NCBI GenBank assembly: GCA_951406725.2
Contig: OX597828.1
Location: 49,042,001 to 49,106,000 of the forward strand
From: Octopus vulgaris
Lineage: Eukaryota
Length of the DNA stretch: 64,000 nucleotides
Direction: 5' to 3'
Shown: piece after piece, positions 1 to 12,000 of the stretch
How the letters are laid out: the number at the start of each line of letters is the position of its first letter
Position numbering within the stretch: position 1 is the first letter of the stretch
Position numbers and translations under genes: made by a program
The notes under the pieces: model-generated
The model's database searches: none
What the model was told of the DNA's origin: nothing
The model's input: only the letters and a program-made list of their open reading frames with translations

Positions 1-272
1 GCGTAGCAGCCACGTCAGCATTAATGTCCTTAGGATCTAAACCCTTTTTTCTGCAGGTACTTGATAACACCATGATGCTAAATTTTCTCCATTTTCAAGA
101 GGTGTCGCCACCAGTTACTTTTGAAGACTTCTTTAAACAGTCAGGTGTCGGTTTATCTGGAAGAAACAATGCCATCATTAATAAGACGGGTCGAAATTAA
201 TGCTGAAATTAAATTTTCACAACTGACGTATCACTCCTTCATAGCCATCCTATGAACTTTTCAGCCCACCGT
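1..272 (-). mobile_element. mariner transposon 5' remnant (TIR and degenerate transposase N-terminus), truncated by window edge
   Basis: Minus strand reads MEKI*HHGVIKYLQKK/GLDPKDINADVAAT, a mariner N-terminal HTH pattern with a stop and a frameshift. TIR-like end ACGGTGGGCTGAAAAAGTTC at about 253-272. Confidence 0.75.
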
Positions 273-273
273 T

Positions 274-279
274 GTGTGT

Positions 280-332
<53 letters not shown>

Positions 333-355
333 TGTGTGTGTGAGTGTGTGTGTGT
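274..355. repeat. (GT)n microsatellite
   Basis: Seen directly. Confidence 0.95.
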
Positions 356-380
356 TATACGCATGTATGTCATTATTCGT

Positions 381-689
381 GGAGGCTCATGGCCTAGTGG
401 TTAGAGCAGCGGACTCGCTGTCGATGGATCGCGGGTTCGAATCTCAGACCGGGCGATGTGTGTGTTTATGAGCGGAACACCTAAGCTCCACGCAGCTCCG
501 GCAGAAGGTAATGGCGAGACTTCTGCTGACTCTTTCACTACAACTTTCTCTCATTCTTTCCTCCTGCATCTTGTAGCTCACCTGCGACGGACTGGCGTCC
601 CGTCCAGGTGAGGAACCTATACGCCAAGGAAACCGGGAAACCGGCCCTTATAAGCCAGGCATGGCTCGAGAAGGAACAAACAACAACAA
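381..689 (+). mobile_element. tRNA-derived SINE, family A
   Basis: Pol III A box TGGCCTAGTGG and B box GGTTCGAATC, (AAC)n tail, flanking near-direct repeat ATGTC(A/C)TTATTC. Homologous minus-strand copy at about 26500-26796. Confidence 0.85.
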
Positions 690-1177
690 TGTCCTTATTC
701 AGTTTATTTCAAGATTTCTTGCCAATAGAGAAAGATCCGGTTTCTAACCTAGATCCAAGGCTCCCCCATTAGAATTTCACCATCAACAACCGGGTATTTT
801 TGTTTGTATCTATGTATATCATTATTCAGTTTATTTCAAGATTTATTGCCATGTGTGTGTGTGTGTGCATGTATGCATGCATGTGTGCGTGTCTGTGTTT
901 GTCCCTGTAACTCAGCGTTCCACCAAAAGAAACCAATGAAATAAATACCAGACCCAAAAATAGGTACATGTGGTCAATCTGTTCGACTGAGCCCATTACG
1001 GTGATGCCCCAGTATGGCCGTGCTCAAATGACTGAAACAAGCGAAAGATAAATGATAAAAGCTTCCGAAAGTATTCTTCACAAAGTTTTCTTCTTCTTCT
1101 TCTCCTCCTCCTTCTTCTTCTTCTTCTCCTCCTCCTTCTTCTTCTTCTCCTCCTCCTTCTTCTTCTTCTTCTTCTTA

Positions 1178-1515
1178 GGCCGGTGAGCTGGCAGAAACGT
1201 TAGCACGCCGGGCGAAATGCCTAGCGGTATTTCGTCTGCCGCTACGTTCTGAGTTCAAATTCCGCCGAGGTCGACTTTGCCTTTCATCCTTTCGGGGTCG
1301 ATTAAATAAGTACCAGTTACGCACTGGGGTCGATATAATCGACTTAATCCGTTTGTCTGTCCTCTCTGTGTTTAGCCCCTTGTTGGTAGTAAAGAAATAG
1401 GTATTTCGTCTGTCTTTACGCTCTGAGTTCAAATTCCGCTGAGGTCGACTTTGCCTTTCGTCATTTCGGGGTTGATAAATTAAGTTCTAGTCGCATACTG
1501 GGGTCAATCTAATCG
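1178..1515 (+). mobile_element. SINE family B (Meta-like core), with partial internal duplication
   Basis: GAGCTGGCAGAAACGTTAGC...GAGTTCAAATTCC...GACTTTGCCTTTCATCCTTTCGGGGTCGA...AAGTACCAG. Recurs at about 3355, 40400 (-), 45667, 54505, 58645, 59390 and 61035. Confidence 0.8.
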
Positions 1516-2695
1516 ATCTAATAACGATTATACTTAACACGCAAAAATGACATTCCATATGTTTCCTATTCTCACCATTATAGTCTCTGCTTGTTGCATG
1601 TTTCTTGTTCTTCTTCTTCTTTAAGCCAATGTCAACCCTTACAGAGCAGACCTAGAATCGAAGTCGTCTTTTTCTGTGTATCTGGGATTAAATTATCTTA
1701 CTTGGTATTTCAAGACAATAAGATTTTATTTTAGGAAGATTTAGCCGCTATTTTTGCATGTTTCTACGACCACGAAAGGCCACCTCGACGGCTCTATGCC
1801 TGTAAATTCTAGTGATGATAACAGAAGAAGCAAGCAAGATAAAGTCGCTCAAAGGGTCGAAGTTGTTATTTCTACGTTACTAAGTAATGTGACGTCATGA
1901 GAACATTAATCAATGCAGGTAAGAAATAGCTACCTTAGATCTATAACCACTGTGACCTTCAGTCAATGTGGCTATGGAGCATTCATGAAACAATGGCAAT
2001 ATTATTCTTATTTTCGATTCCTGGTTATGTTCCACATATTTTTAGCACAAAAAAAGGAAAATATACTCTGTTGCGTCTGGGGAGAGTCGTTTTCTTTTTG
2101 TGCCTTATTATTTAACACACTCACCGGTAAAATAATAAGGCACAAAAAGAAAATGACTCTCCCCTGACACAACATAATATGCTTCAACACACGAACTTAT
2201 ATAAAGAATCTTGCAAACCAAATAAGGAAAATATACAATATTTATAAAATTACAATAAGGGAGATAATTCTGTAAAACTTATCGCAGGAACAATACTTTA
2301 TACATGAGTACATTCCCTTTGATCGATTCAGTTTAATATAAACGTTTAATGTAAACTGCACTTTTGTAGGTACTGTATGATCATATACTTAAGATGTTCG
2401 CTTCGCAACCGCAAAGTCCCGAGTTCGATCCATGGCGAGGTAGCTCTGAAGCATATTTTCTATAGTTTCGGGGTGATTCATACTTTGTCAGTAAAGCCGA
2501 GTAGACGGAAACTGCATAGAATTCCATCGGAAGAATTTACTTGTAACTCTCAAAAGTACAATCTTGTCGCGATGATTCTCCCTGGAAATTACGTTAAGAT
2601 TACAAGAGCCTGCGGAATACACAGCCACGTACATGTTAATTCAGTCAAACGACGGAGATCCACTAGCACCATATTCAAGCCCAGTTATTATTATA

Positions 2696-2874
2696 GGCGC
2701 AGGAGTGGCTGTGTGTAGTAAGTAGCTTGCTTGCCAGACACATGGTTCCAGGTTCAATCCCACTGCGTGGCACCTTGAGCAAGTGTCTTCTACTATAGCC
2801 TCGGGCCAACCAAAGCCTTGTGAATGGATTTGGTTGACGGAAACTGAAAGAAGCCCGTCGTATGTACATATATA

Positions 2875-2918
<44 letters not shown>

Positions 2919-3158
2919 CATATATATGTATGTATGTGTGCATGTACATGTTTGGCTGTCTGTGTTTGTCCCCCAACATCGCTTGACAACTGATGCTGGT
3001 GTGTTCACGTCCCTGTAACTTAGCGGTTCGGCAAAAGATAACCGATAGAATAAGTACTAGGTTAACAAAGAATAAATCCTGAGGTCGATGTGCTCTACTA
3101 AAGGCGGTGCTCCAGCATGGCCGCAGTCAAATGACTGAAACAAATAAAAGAGTAAAGA
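2696..3158 (+). mobile_element. SINE family C (tRNA-like head, internal (TA)/(TG) microsatellite), full length
   Basis: GGCGCAGGAGTGGCTGTG...GGTTCAATCCC...GCATGGCCGCAGTCAAATGACTGAAAC...AAAAGAG. More than 10 copies in the window. Confidence 0.85.
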
Positions 3159-4424
3159 CAATATCTCCATTCTCTCTTTCTCGTTCTAAAAGCAGACTCC
3201 ATTAAATGGTATAAACTAAAAGGGTCAGAATACATAGTCCCGATCCTTGTGGGGTCAATAAAATAAGTACCAGTTGAACATTGAAGTTGATGTAATCGAC
3301 TCATCCCTTTCCCTAAAATTGTAGGCCTTGTGGCAAAATTTGAAACCAAAGACAGCAAGCTGGCAGAGTCGTTAGCACGCCGGGCAAAATGCTTAGTATT
3401 TCGTCTGTCACTACGTTCTTAGTTCAAATTCCGTCAAGGTCAACTTTGCCTTTCATCCTTTCGGGCTCGATGAATTAAGTACCAGCTGAGTACTGAGGTC
3501 GATATGATCAACTTCGCTGTTTTTTTCCCCCTCTCATTCTCCATTTACAGAAACAAATGAAACTAAATGAATCATACCACAATCTCTACCTGAGACTGAA
3601 ACCTACATCTACCTCACTGTCTTGTCTCTAACAAAACACCCTTATCCACTAGGCCACAAAACCAGTAATACTACTTTCCTTCACTCTTTCTTCCTGTTTC
3701 TTGAGTAACGCTGCAATGGACTGGCGTCCTGTCCAGCTGGGGGGGGAACACATACGCCACAGAAACCAGGCCCATGAGCCTGGTTAGGCTTGAAAAGGCC
3801 GCATAAAAAAAAAAAAATATATATATATATATTAGGGAGAATTCACGAAAAAGCAAAAGACAAAGACAGGTGGCGTAGAAAACAAACAGATGTATTAGTA
3901 TAATGCTCAGGAATTGAAAAAGTCTTTAATGTTTCGAGCCTATGCTCTTCCACAGAAAGAAACAAGGAGAGAAAAAAATGTGTAGTGGCTAGCGGTCTAT
4001 CATATACACATATATATATATAGACATACATACATGCACATATACAGTGGGTTTCTTTCAGTTTCCATCTACCAAATTCAGTTACATGGCTTTGGTTTGC
4101 CCAAGGTGCGATGCACTGGGAGCTAATCTTCTCGCTGTGGTTGGAAAGCAAACTTCTTATCAAGCATTCTGTGCCTCTCCTAACTGAACCAGGGGTTGTC
4201 TCAGTCGAGTTGATACCAAATGTTTTAACCCTTTAACATTCAAATTATTCTGTCAAATGTAATGCTTATTTATTTACATTGTTCTTATCTCAGAGCTTTG
4301 AGATTTCAATTCGAGATAGGTGGAAGCCAGATCTGGCTGGATCCACCACAAAACAGAAGACCATTTGGGCCAGATATGGCCAGTTTAAATGCTAATGGGT
4401 TGAAGAAAAAAACAATGAACATAT

Positions 4425-4598
4425 ACACTACACTCACGGAGTGGTTGGCATTAGGAAGGGCATCCAGCCGTAGAAACACTGCCAGATCAGACTGGAGCCT
4501 GGTGCAGCCTCTATGGCTTACCAGACCCCGGTCGAACCGTCCAACCCATGCTAGCATGGAGAACAGATGTTAAATGATGATGATGATGATGATGATGA
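4425..4598 (+). mobile_element. SINE family D, 3' part with (TGA)n tail
   Basis: AGTGGTTGGCATTAGGAAGGGCATCCAGCCGTAGAAAC...CCAACCCATGCTAGCATGGA...(TGA)n. Many copies, e.g. about 8310, 18540, 25000-25317, 38735, 48320-48588, 51520-51945 and 62336-62686. Confidence 0.8.
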
Positions 4599-4836
4599 TA
4601 TAAAGCCAACAACACATTTAAGATATGTTTTATATTTTTAATGTGTGTATTAATGTGTATATATATATGTATATTATACACACAAATACGGTATATATAT
4701 ACATAAATTGCACGTGCTTGTACACACAGGGAGTGTGTGCAAAAGACGATGCTGCCATATAAAGAACCGCAGGAGCAGTTGAGAATGGTCCAGAAATAAA
4801 ATGCTCTTTATGTTTGCTGTGGTTCAACGTGGTCCA

Positions 4837-4926
4837 TCATTTCAGCTTGATGCTGTGTTTGACACCAGAGCGAATACCAAACAACTCTCCACCATAGCGC
4901 TTCATCTCGGTCATCGGCTGTCGAAC
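4837..4926 (-). CDS. UTP3: UTP3 coding exon 14 (last): VRQPMTEMKRYGGELFGIRSGVKHSIKLK*
   Basis: Acceptor ctcttccAG, phase 0, conserved Sas10 C-terminus, TGA at 4837-4839. Confidence 0.93.
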   Translation of the reverse strand, partial: VRQPMTEMKRYGGELFGIRSGVKHSIKLK

Positions 4927-6361
4927 CTGGAAGAGATTAGAGATGCGAGATCAGAGATGTGTTACAGGATCAGAGAGAGAGACAGAGAGACAGACAGAGA
5001 AGTGGGGGAAATGCGAATACAAGGTAATAAAGGAGAGGACAAAGAATAAGGAGGACAAAGAATAAGGACAAAGAATAAGGAGAGAATAAGGAAGTACTGA
5101 AAGGAAGAGAGAAAGCAAAAGATACGAAGGGGAGAGCTTAAGTTTTGTATTTATCAATTATGAAATTATGTAATTTAAATTAAGCTATTAGAATTGTTTC
5201 CCCTGTTTTCCGTCATCGGCATTTCGAACCTGGAAGAGATTAGAGATGCGAGATCAGAGATGTGTTACAGGATCAGAGAGAGAGACAGAGGCACGTGAAC
5301 TTGGAGCAGTAGACAATAACTGTAACCACAGATTTAGTAGATTTTAGTAGATCTACTAAATAATCGTCTAGAGTTAGGTCTGTCTTGCATTCATTCAACA
5401 ATTAGAATTTTCAAATATTTTAAATAAAAATTTTAAGGTTTTCCTACTTTTTCTAACTGTATCTTTTTAATATAATAATAATGAGAAATACTATACCAAC
5501 CTCTAATTTACTTTTATAGTCAACTAAATTAACCTCACTTTAATCAGGAAATTGCATATTTTCCCAATTCTATTCTAATTTTAACATTTAATACTATTCC
5601 CCAAGTTATGAAATTCGATATCTACTAGAAATTAGATGGTTTTGTTCCCCTTTGTAAAAGAATTTAATTGACCTCTGGACGTTGACCCAGATTTTTTCTC
5701 ACCACATAAAAATAAATAGCTTTCTGTTCTAGTGATAACCTTGATTTCGCTTAATGTATTTTCTCTGCAACTAACTTAAACCCCTTTTTACGGCTTTCTT
5801 TTATGTCCCCTTACCTAAATTCCTACTAAAAATTCTGATGGCTTTCAGTTGAAAGTAAGGTTTGGTCAGTTTAGTAGCTGACCTCCTACTTCATAGTCTC
5901 CTAAAAATTTAGTGTTTCTTCTACACTTACCTAAATCTTCTGTCACCACATAAATAGATTGACCCTTTGTTCTAGTGACAATTTGTTTGTCTCCTGAATT
6001 TTTCCCCTTCTTTTCTTCAACTAACTTGATTTCTTGACCTGCCCTTACCCCCATTCTTATAACTAAGGAAATTTTCTTACAACAGTTAGTTGTGAACTTA
6101 ATTTTGGTCTGGTTGGCATCCTAACTACGCTACCTCGTGTTCCTGAGATTCATATCTACATCTTTATCTGTATATTTACCTTCCCTAAGATGTTACTAAT
6201 TGATTTGAGAACTTTATATTATTGGAAAACCGATATAAAATTAGCTGAAAGATCACTCGGCATCTTAAATCTGCTGTAATATTTACAGCTTTTAATAAAA
6301 TGTTGTAGTATGAAACAATTGTACTAAATTACCGGATTCATTCTTGTTGCTTATTTTTGAG

Positions 6362-6404
<43 letters not shown>

Positions 6405-9014
6405 ATGTATATATATATGTATATATGTGAGTGTGTTGGCATGGATGGTTATAAGAGTAAAGACGAAAAAATTAGTCAAAACAGAACAAAAATACATGAA
6501 TAAAACCAATAAGAAAAGAGTGAGAGGTTTACCTGTCCCTTCCTTCGAATTTTGGCCTTCTTGAACTTTGTCCTGTGTTTCACACGAGGATTAGCTTTTT
6601 CCTTCTTGCTATATCGAGTCAAACCTTTGTTCTTCTCCATCTTTAAGAGAAAATTCAACACAATTTAGTTTTGGGTTTTGGAGGAAACTGGTTGGGGTTT
6701 TTTTTTTCTTTTTATCAATAAAAGTGAGCTTCTGAAACACACAGCCCTAGCTGTGACTATAAGTTATGTCTTTTTATAAAATAGACTGAAATATATGACA
6801 ATATTTGTTCCTTGACAGCAAAGATCAGATAGTTATTTCTGCAACAACTCAAAAATGTCTTCACTTTGTAAAAGTTATCTCCCCTGCTTCTGAAACCCCG
6901 CTAAGAATTGCCACATTTTTTTTCTTTTTTGTCCCAAACTCAGAAATTTCAAATTAAAAATTCAAGTACGAAATTCACAAGACCCCCTTTAACCCTTTTG
7001 ATACCAACACATCTGAGACTGTCCTTGGATCCATGATAGAAACTGCCTATGTAAATTAAAACCTTCCATTAAAATTTCATTTTTATTTATGTTCCAAACG
7101 TCAGCTTAATATTTTCCTAAATTCTTCAATATTTTCAAAATTAATTAAAACAAAGGCAGCCCAGTGTATGTGTGTGCACGTGCACACACACATACACAAA
7201 TATACTATGGGCTTATTCTAGTTTCTGCTTACCAAATCCATTCACAAGGCTTTGGTCAGCTCAGGAGCTAAAATAGAAGACTGAACCTAAAACCATATCA
7301 TCGTGTCATATATAAATCATAAACACAGATATATATATATATACAAAGGTAAATCATATATACATAGATGTGTGTGTGTAATTGTGCCTACGTCATACAT
7401 TTATTATGAAGACGTGTGATTCAGTAGTGAGTTTGATTCCCGGATCGGGCTACATGTTGTGTTCTTGAGCAAGACACTTTATTTCATATTGCTCCAGTTC
7501 ACTCATCTGTAGAAATGAGTTGCGACATCACTGATGCCACACTGTATCGGCCTTTGCCTTTCCTTTGGATAACATCGGTGGTGTGGAGAGGGGAGGCTGG
7601 TATGCATGGGTGACTGCTGACCTTCCATAAACAATCTTGCCCAGTGTTGTGCCTTGGAGGGTAACTTTCTAGGTGCAATCCCATGGTCATTTATGACCAA
7701 AGGGGATCTATTATAATTATTATTATTATACATTTATTAAAACCAACACACCAAAACTAATACAAAACAAGTAATTCAGTCCCTAACTCCAAAAGTCCAC
7801 CAAAGAATCTCACCTGGTAAGTAATTGCTCTCTTTTTATCAGCACCCTCTCCATTAATCTCTTCCTCATCATCAGCATCAATATGGTTAGAATCAATGAG
7901 GCCTTCTCCATTTGTTTCTGCCATTTCATCTTTTGGAACTTTGCTAAATTTGAGAGAGAGAAAAACAAATGAAAATTACAAGAAAATTTTTTTTAAAACG
8001 AAGTTTTAATCTCAGAACTTCCACTTAGCACCTGCTCTTACCTGAGCCATTCCTATTTCTTATACCATCTCCTCCACTAACTACACATCCACCCTTGCTC
8101 TATTCATTACATTAACTTCTACCGCCTGACTCTCTCCTCTCAGCCCCTATTAACTTATCCACCCCTCCTTCCCAACCCTCAATCCACATTCTCTTATTCT
8201 CACTTTCGTGTATCTTGAGAATACATTCTGACAGGTTGTCACCAACTCCTTTATCTTCTTTCCAGCTACTCTCACACACTCCTATATAACACTGGGGTAT
8301 TCATGTATATCATCATCATTTAACGTCTGTTGTCCATGCTGGCATGGGTTGGACAATTTAACCAGACCTGCACCAGACTCCAGTCTGATTTTGCATGGTT
8401 TCTACAGCCGGATGCCCTTCCTAACACCAACCGCTTTACTAAGTGTGCTGGGTGCTTTTACATGGTTCTGCACAGGTGCTTTAACATGACATCTCACGGG
8501 CATTTTTAACGTGGCACTGCACAGGCACTTTTATGTGCACCGTCACAAGTGCTTTACACAACTAGAGGGACTTAACACTTATGCAGCGGAGTATGGGTTT
8601 CCTTGAGTACAGCAAGGCACTGGGCATCTCGATCCTTTGTCACCTCACCTGAAAGGTTCAGCATCCTCTATGGCAATATACCTGTGCCTGTCTATCTATC
8701 ATACTTCAACCTCTCAACACCTGCCATAAAGCCTCTTCATCCTCCTCTACTAGAACCCCACTCACTTGAGGGGAATTCCTCCCCTTTACTTTTTTTTCTG
8801 TAAGTTACTTGGTAATCCCACTAGTGCTGGAGTTATGAAAAAGCATCCAGCACACTTTGTAAAGTGGTTGGCATTAGGAAGGGCACCCAATGACAGTCAT
8901 TAAAAAGGCTGCAAGCAGCAACAAAAGAGCTTCGACTTTGGAAACAAAACTGACTTACTGAACAACAATAATAATAATAATAATTAATAATAATAAATAA
9001 TAATAATAAATAAT

Positions 9015-9053
<39 letters not shown>

Positions 9054-12000
9054 CAGCAGCAGCAGCAACAGCAGGAGGAATGAGAACCCAGCTTCGAAAT
9101 TTCCCCAAGACACCTGAAGAAGGCTGGAGGGTATATCAGCCGAAACGTGTTAACAACAAACATCCGTCAAATGTAAATAATGTAAATAATGTAGATAATT
9201 CCTCATCTCTTAAATACAGAACTGAACTGACTTACTGTTTAACCAAATTAAACAAACAATCAACTAGTTGGATATTTAACCAAATGACTAATAATAAAGA
9301 AGTGAATTTAAACCAGTGCGTGTGTTAATGAAGTAGAACGTTTCTCATTATTGATCTGTTTGATTAAGGATCACATGGGTGGGGGGGGGGAGTAAAAATC
9401 AACATCTCACTTAAGCCTCATCTGTTAACATGTTGCCATGATTATTAATCTCACCTTAACTGCTGTTGCTTTGGTGCTATCTCAGTTTCATCAATGGGAA
9501 CAAACTGAACTTCTTCTCCAGATTTCAGACATGTGGCCAACATTTCCATTTCACTGTGGAATTGTTCATCAAGTGGTTGCATCTGCTTCAAAAGCTGAAA
9601 ATACAAAAAAATATTACCTTCCATCAACAAACTTATTTTCCTTCATCATGATCATTTCATGTCTGCTTTCCGTGCTGGAAGGTGTTTTGTGGTTTGACAT
9701 CAAATTCTTGACGGACAAAGGGGCTGTCATGTTCCAGTGTTCCTGTTTGAAATGCTTTCTACAGTTAGGTTCACCTTCCTAACACCAACCGGAACGTACT
9801 GGGTGATTTTTTTCATGGCACCAACACAAGTGAGGTGACTTTACCATCAGCAAAACTAAAGAGCTTAAAGAGGGCTCCATGAGAGAAAGAATGGATAGGA
9901 AAGTATGAGGATTCTAGATGACACCCAAAGTTTGAAAATAAATGAGTAACACCATGAATTCATCAGCACTTTACTTCCATTTTACCATATCTACACGGGT
10001 CAGCTAAGTCCATCTCCAGCAAAGCGTTTCAATGCTAGGTACTGTCCTCCGTCATTTCCTTCATGGGATTCAGCATTGTAGAATCAACTTTCATTTCTTC
10101 TTTGCACATCTTCTGAGGCAGTGTCTTCCTGATACCAACCCTTTCCATCACTTCTAAAGGTACACAGCGATACGACATATCAATTCTCATCTTCCTCCTC
10201 CTCATCCTCATCCTAGTTGTCATCATCATTTAATGTCTGTGCTCCATGTTATAAGTTTGATGAGGTACAGCAAGTCCAAGGACTGCATCATGCTCAACTG
10301 CCTAGATTGGAATGGATTCTCTGGCCAGATCAACATCATCATTTGACATCCATTTTCCATGCTGGCATGGGTTGGATGGTTTGACAGGGGCTGGCTAGAC
10401 AGAAGACTGCACCATGCTTCACTGTCTGTTTTGGCAGGGGTTTTACAGCTGGATGCCCTTTCTTACACCAGCCACCTTACAGAGCAGACTGAATGCTTTT
10501 TACATGGCACCAGTAATCGGTGAGGCCTGTCTTGACATGGTTTTTACAGATGAATGCCCTTCCAAACACTGACCACTGGTGGGGTCACCAAGTAACTTGC
10601 ATGACAAAGATCCTTTGAGGTGGAGGTGAGGAGAGGCATCATTGGAGGTGGCAGCCATGTGCCAGGTGATGAGAGATTAGAGTGTGATGGAGGGATAGAA
10701 ACTGGGGTCTTTCTGTAGAGAAGATGCATGCTTACCCAGTCAGAGGGAGAGAGCAAGAGAAAGTGCGTGAATGATCAAAAATGACACACACTCTCTCTCT
10801 CTCTCTCTATTTTTTCTAACAGCAACCACTTTACAGCATGTACTGAGTGGATTTTCTATGTCAACAGCACTGGTGAGATAGTCGTGCATCTTGCAAAGAC
10901 TACTAAATCTACTGCAAGGAATTCTGTCAAACCCATGCAAGCATGGAAGAATTTATGTTAAAATAATGACAATGCTCTACCAACTAGTTTTTTTTCCTAC
11001 TAAATTCTTTGCTATTTTCAAAATAAATTGAACGAAAGATAGTATATGTCAGCAGAAATATGCTAATAAAAATGATTAAATAACCACTCATCACATGTTT
11101 AACCCTTTTGTTACCATATTTCTGTTGAGATGCTCTGTGTTTCTTTCAATTAATTTTAAATATAACAGACAATTTAGTAAAACAACTTAGTTATCATTAA
11201 GCTGGTGTTAGGAATATAGATTGTGACTAAGGTTTGGTGGAAGATTTTAATTCAAAACTTATAAAAACAAGACATTTGTACTACAGAGCCAGAGGCAGTT
11301 TCAGCAGGGTTGGTATCAAAAGGGTTAACTCTTTAACATTTAAACTGGCCGTATCCAGCCAAAATATTCTTTTTGTTTTATGCTCAAACCAGCCAGATCA
11401 GGCCTCTCATACCAACCCTACAATATCATTCTAAAACTAAATAGTTGCCTCGTCAAAATCTCTCTCTCTCTCCTGCAACAATATTGTACATTCAAACACA
11501 CATTCTTTTCTACTGCCGGCACAAAGCCTGAAATTTTGGGGAAGTGGAGCTATTTGATTATATCAACCTCAGCGTACAACTGGTATTTATTTCATCAGTC
11601 CCAAAAGGATAAAAGGCAAAGTCAACCTCAGTGGAATTTGGACTCAGAACATAAGAACCGTACACACGCATCATTCAATGCCAATTAACAAACGAAGCAG
11701 ACTTACATTGCGATACTGTAAGAGACGCTTCACAATCGGGTGATTCTTCACTGGGAACCGGTCACTCTTCAATTTCAGATAGAAGTTGACGTTTATGCAA
11801 TAACTACAAAAAAAAGAAAGAAAAGAAATATATAAATAAAAACTTCAGTTGGAGTGAGAGGAAGAGGTCACTGAAAGGTTACAAACAACTATATGATTCT
11901 TAATCATCCTGCCCCTTATCAAGGATCTGGTACAGAGTAATACTAATATTCCAACAAAATTTCCTTCCCATTTCAAACTCTTAGTACAGAACTGCATGAG

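Noticed and set aside
381-455. tRNA gene candidates at SINE heads (also 30608 and 60095)
   Set aside because: A and B boxes are present, but there is no closed acceptor stem, and each continues into a SINE body with tail and TSD.
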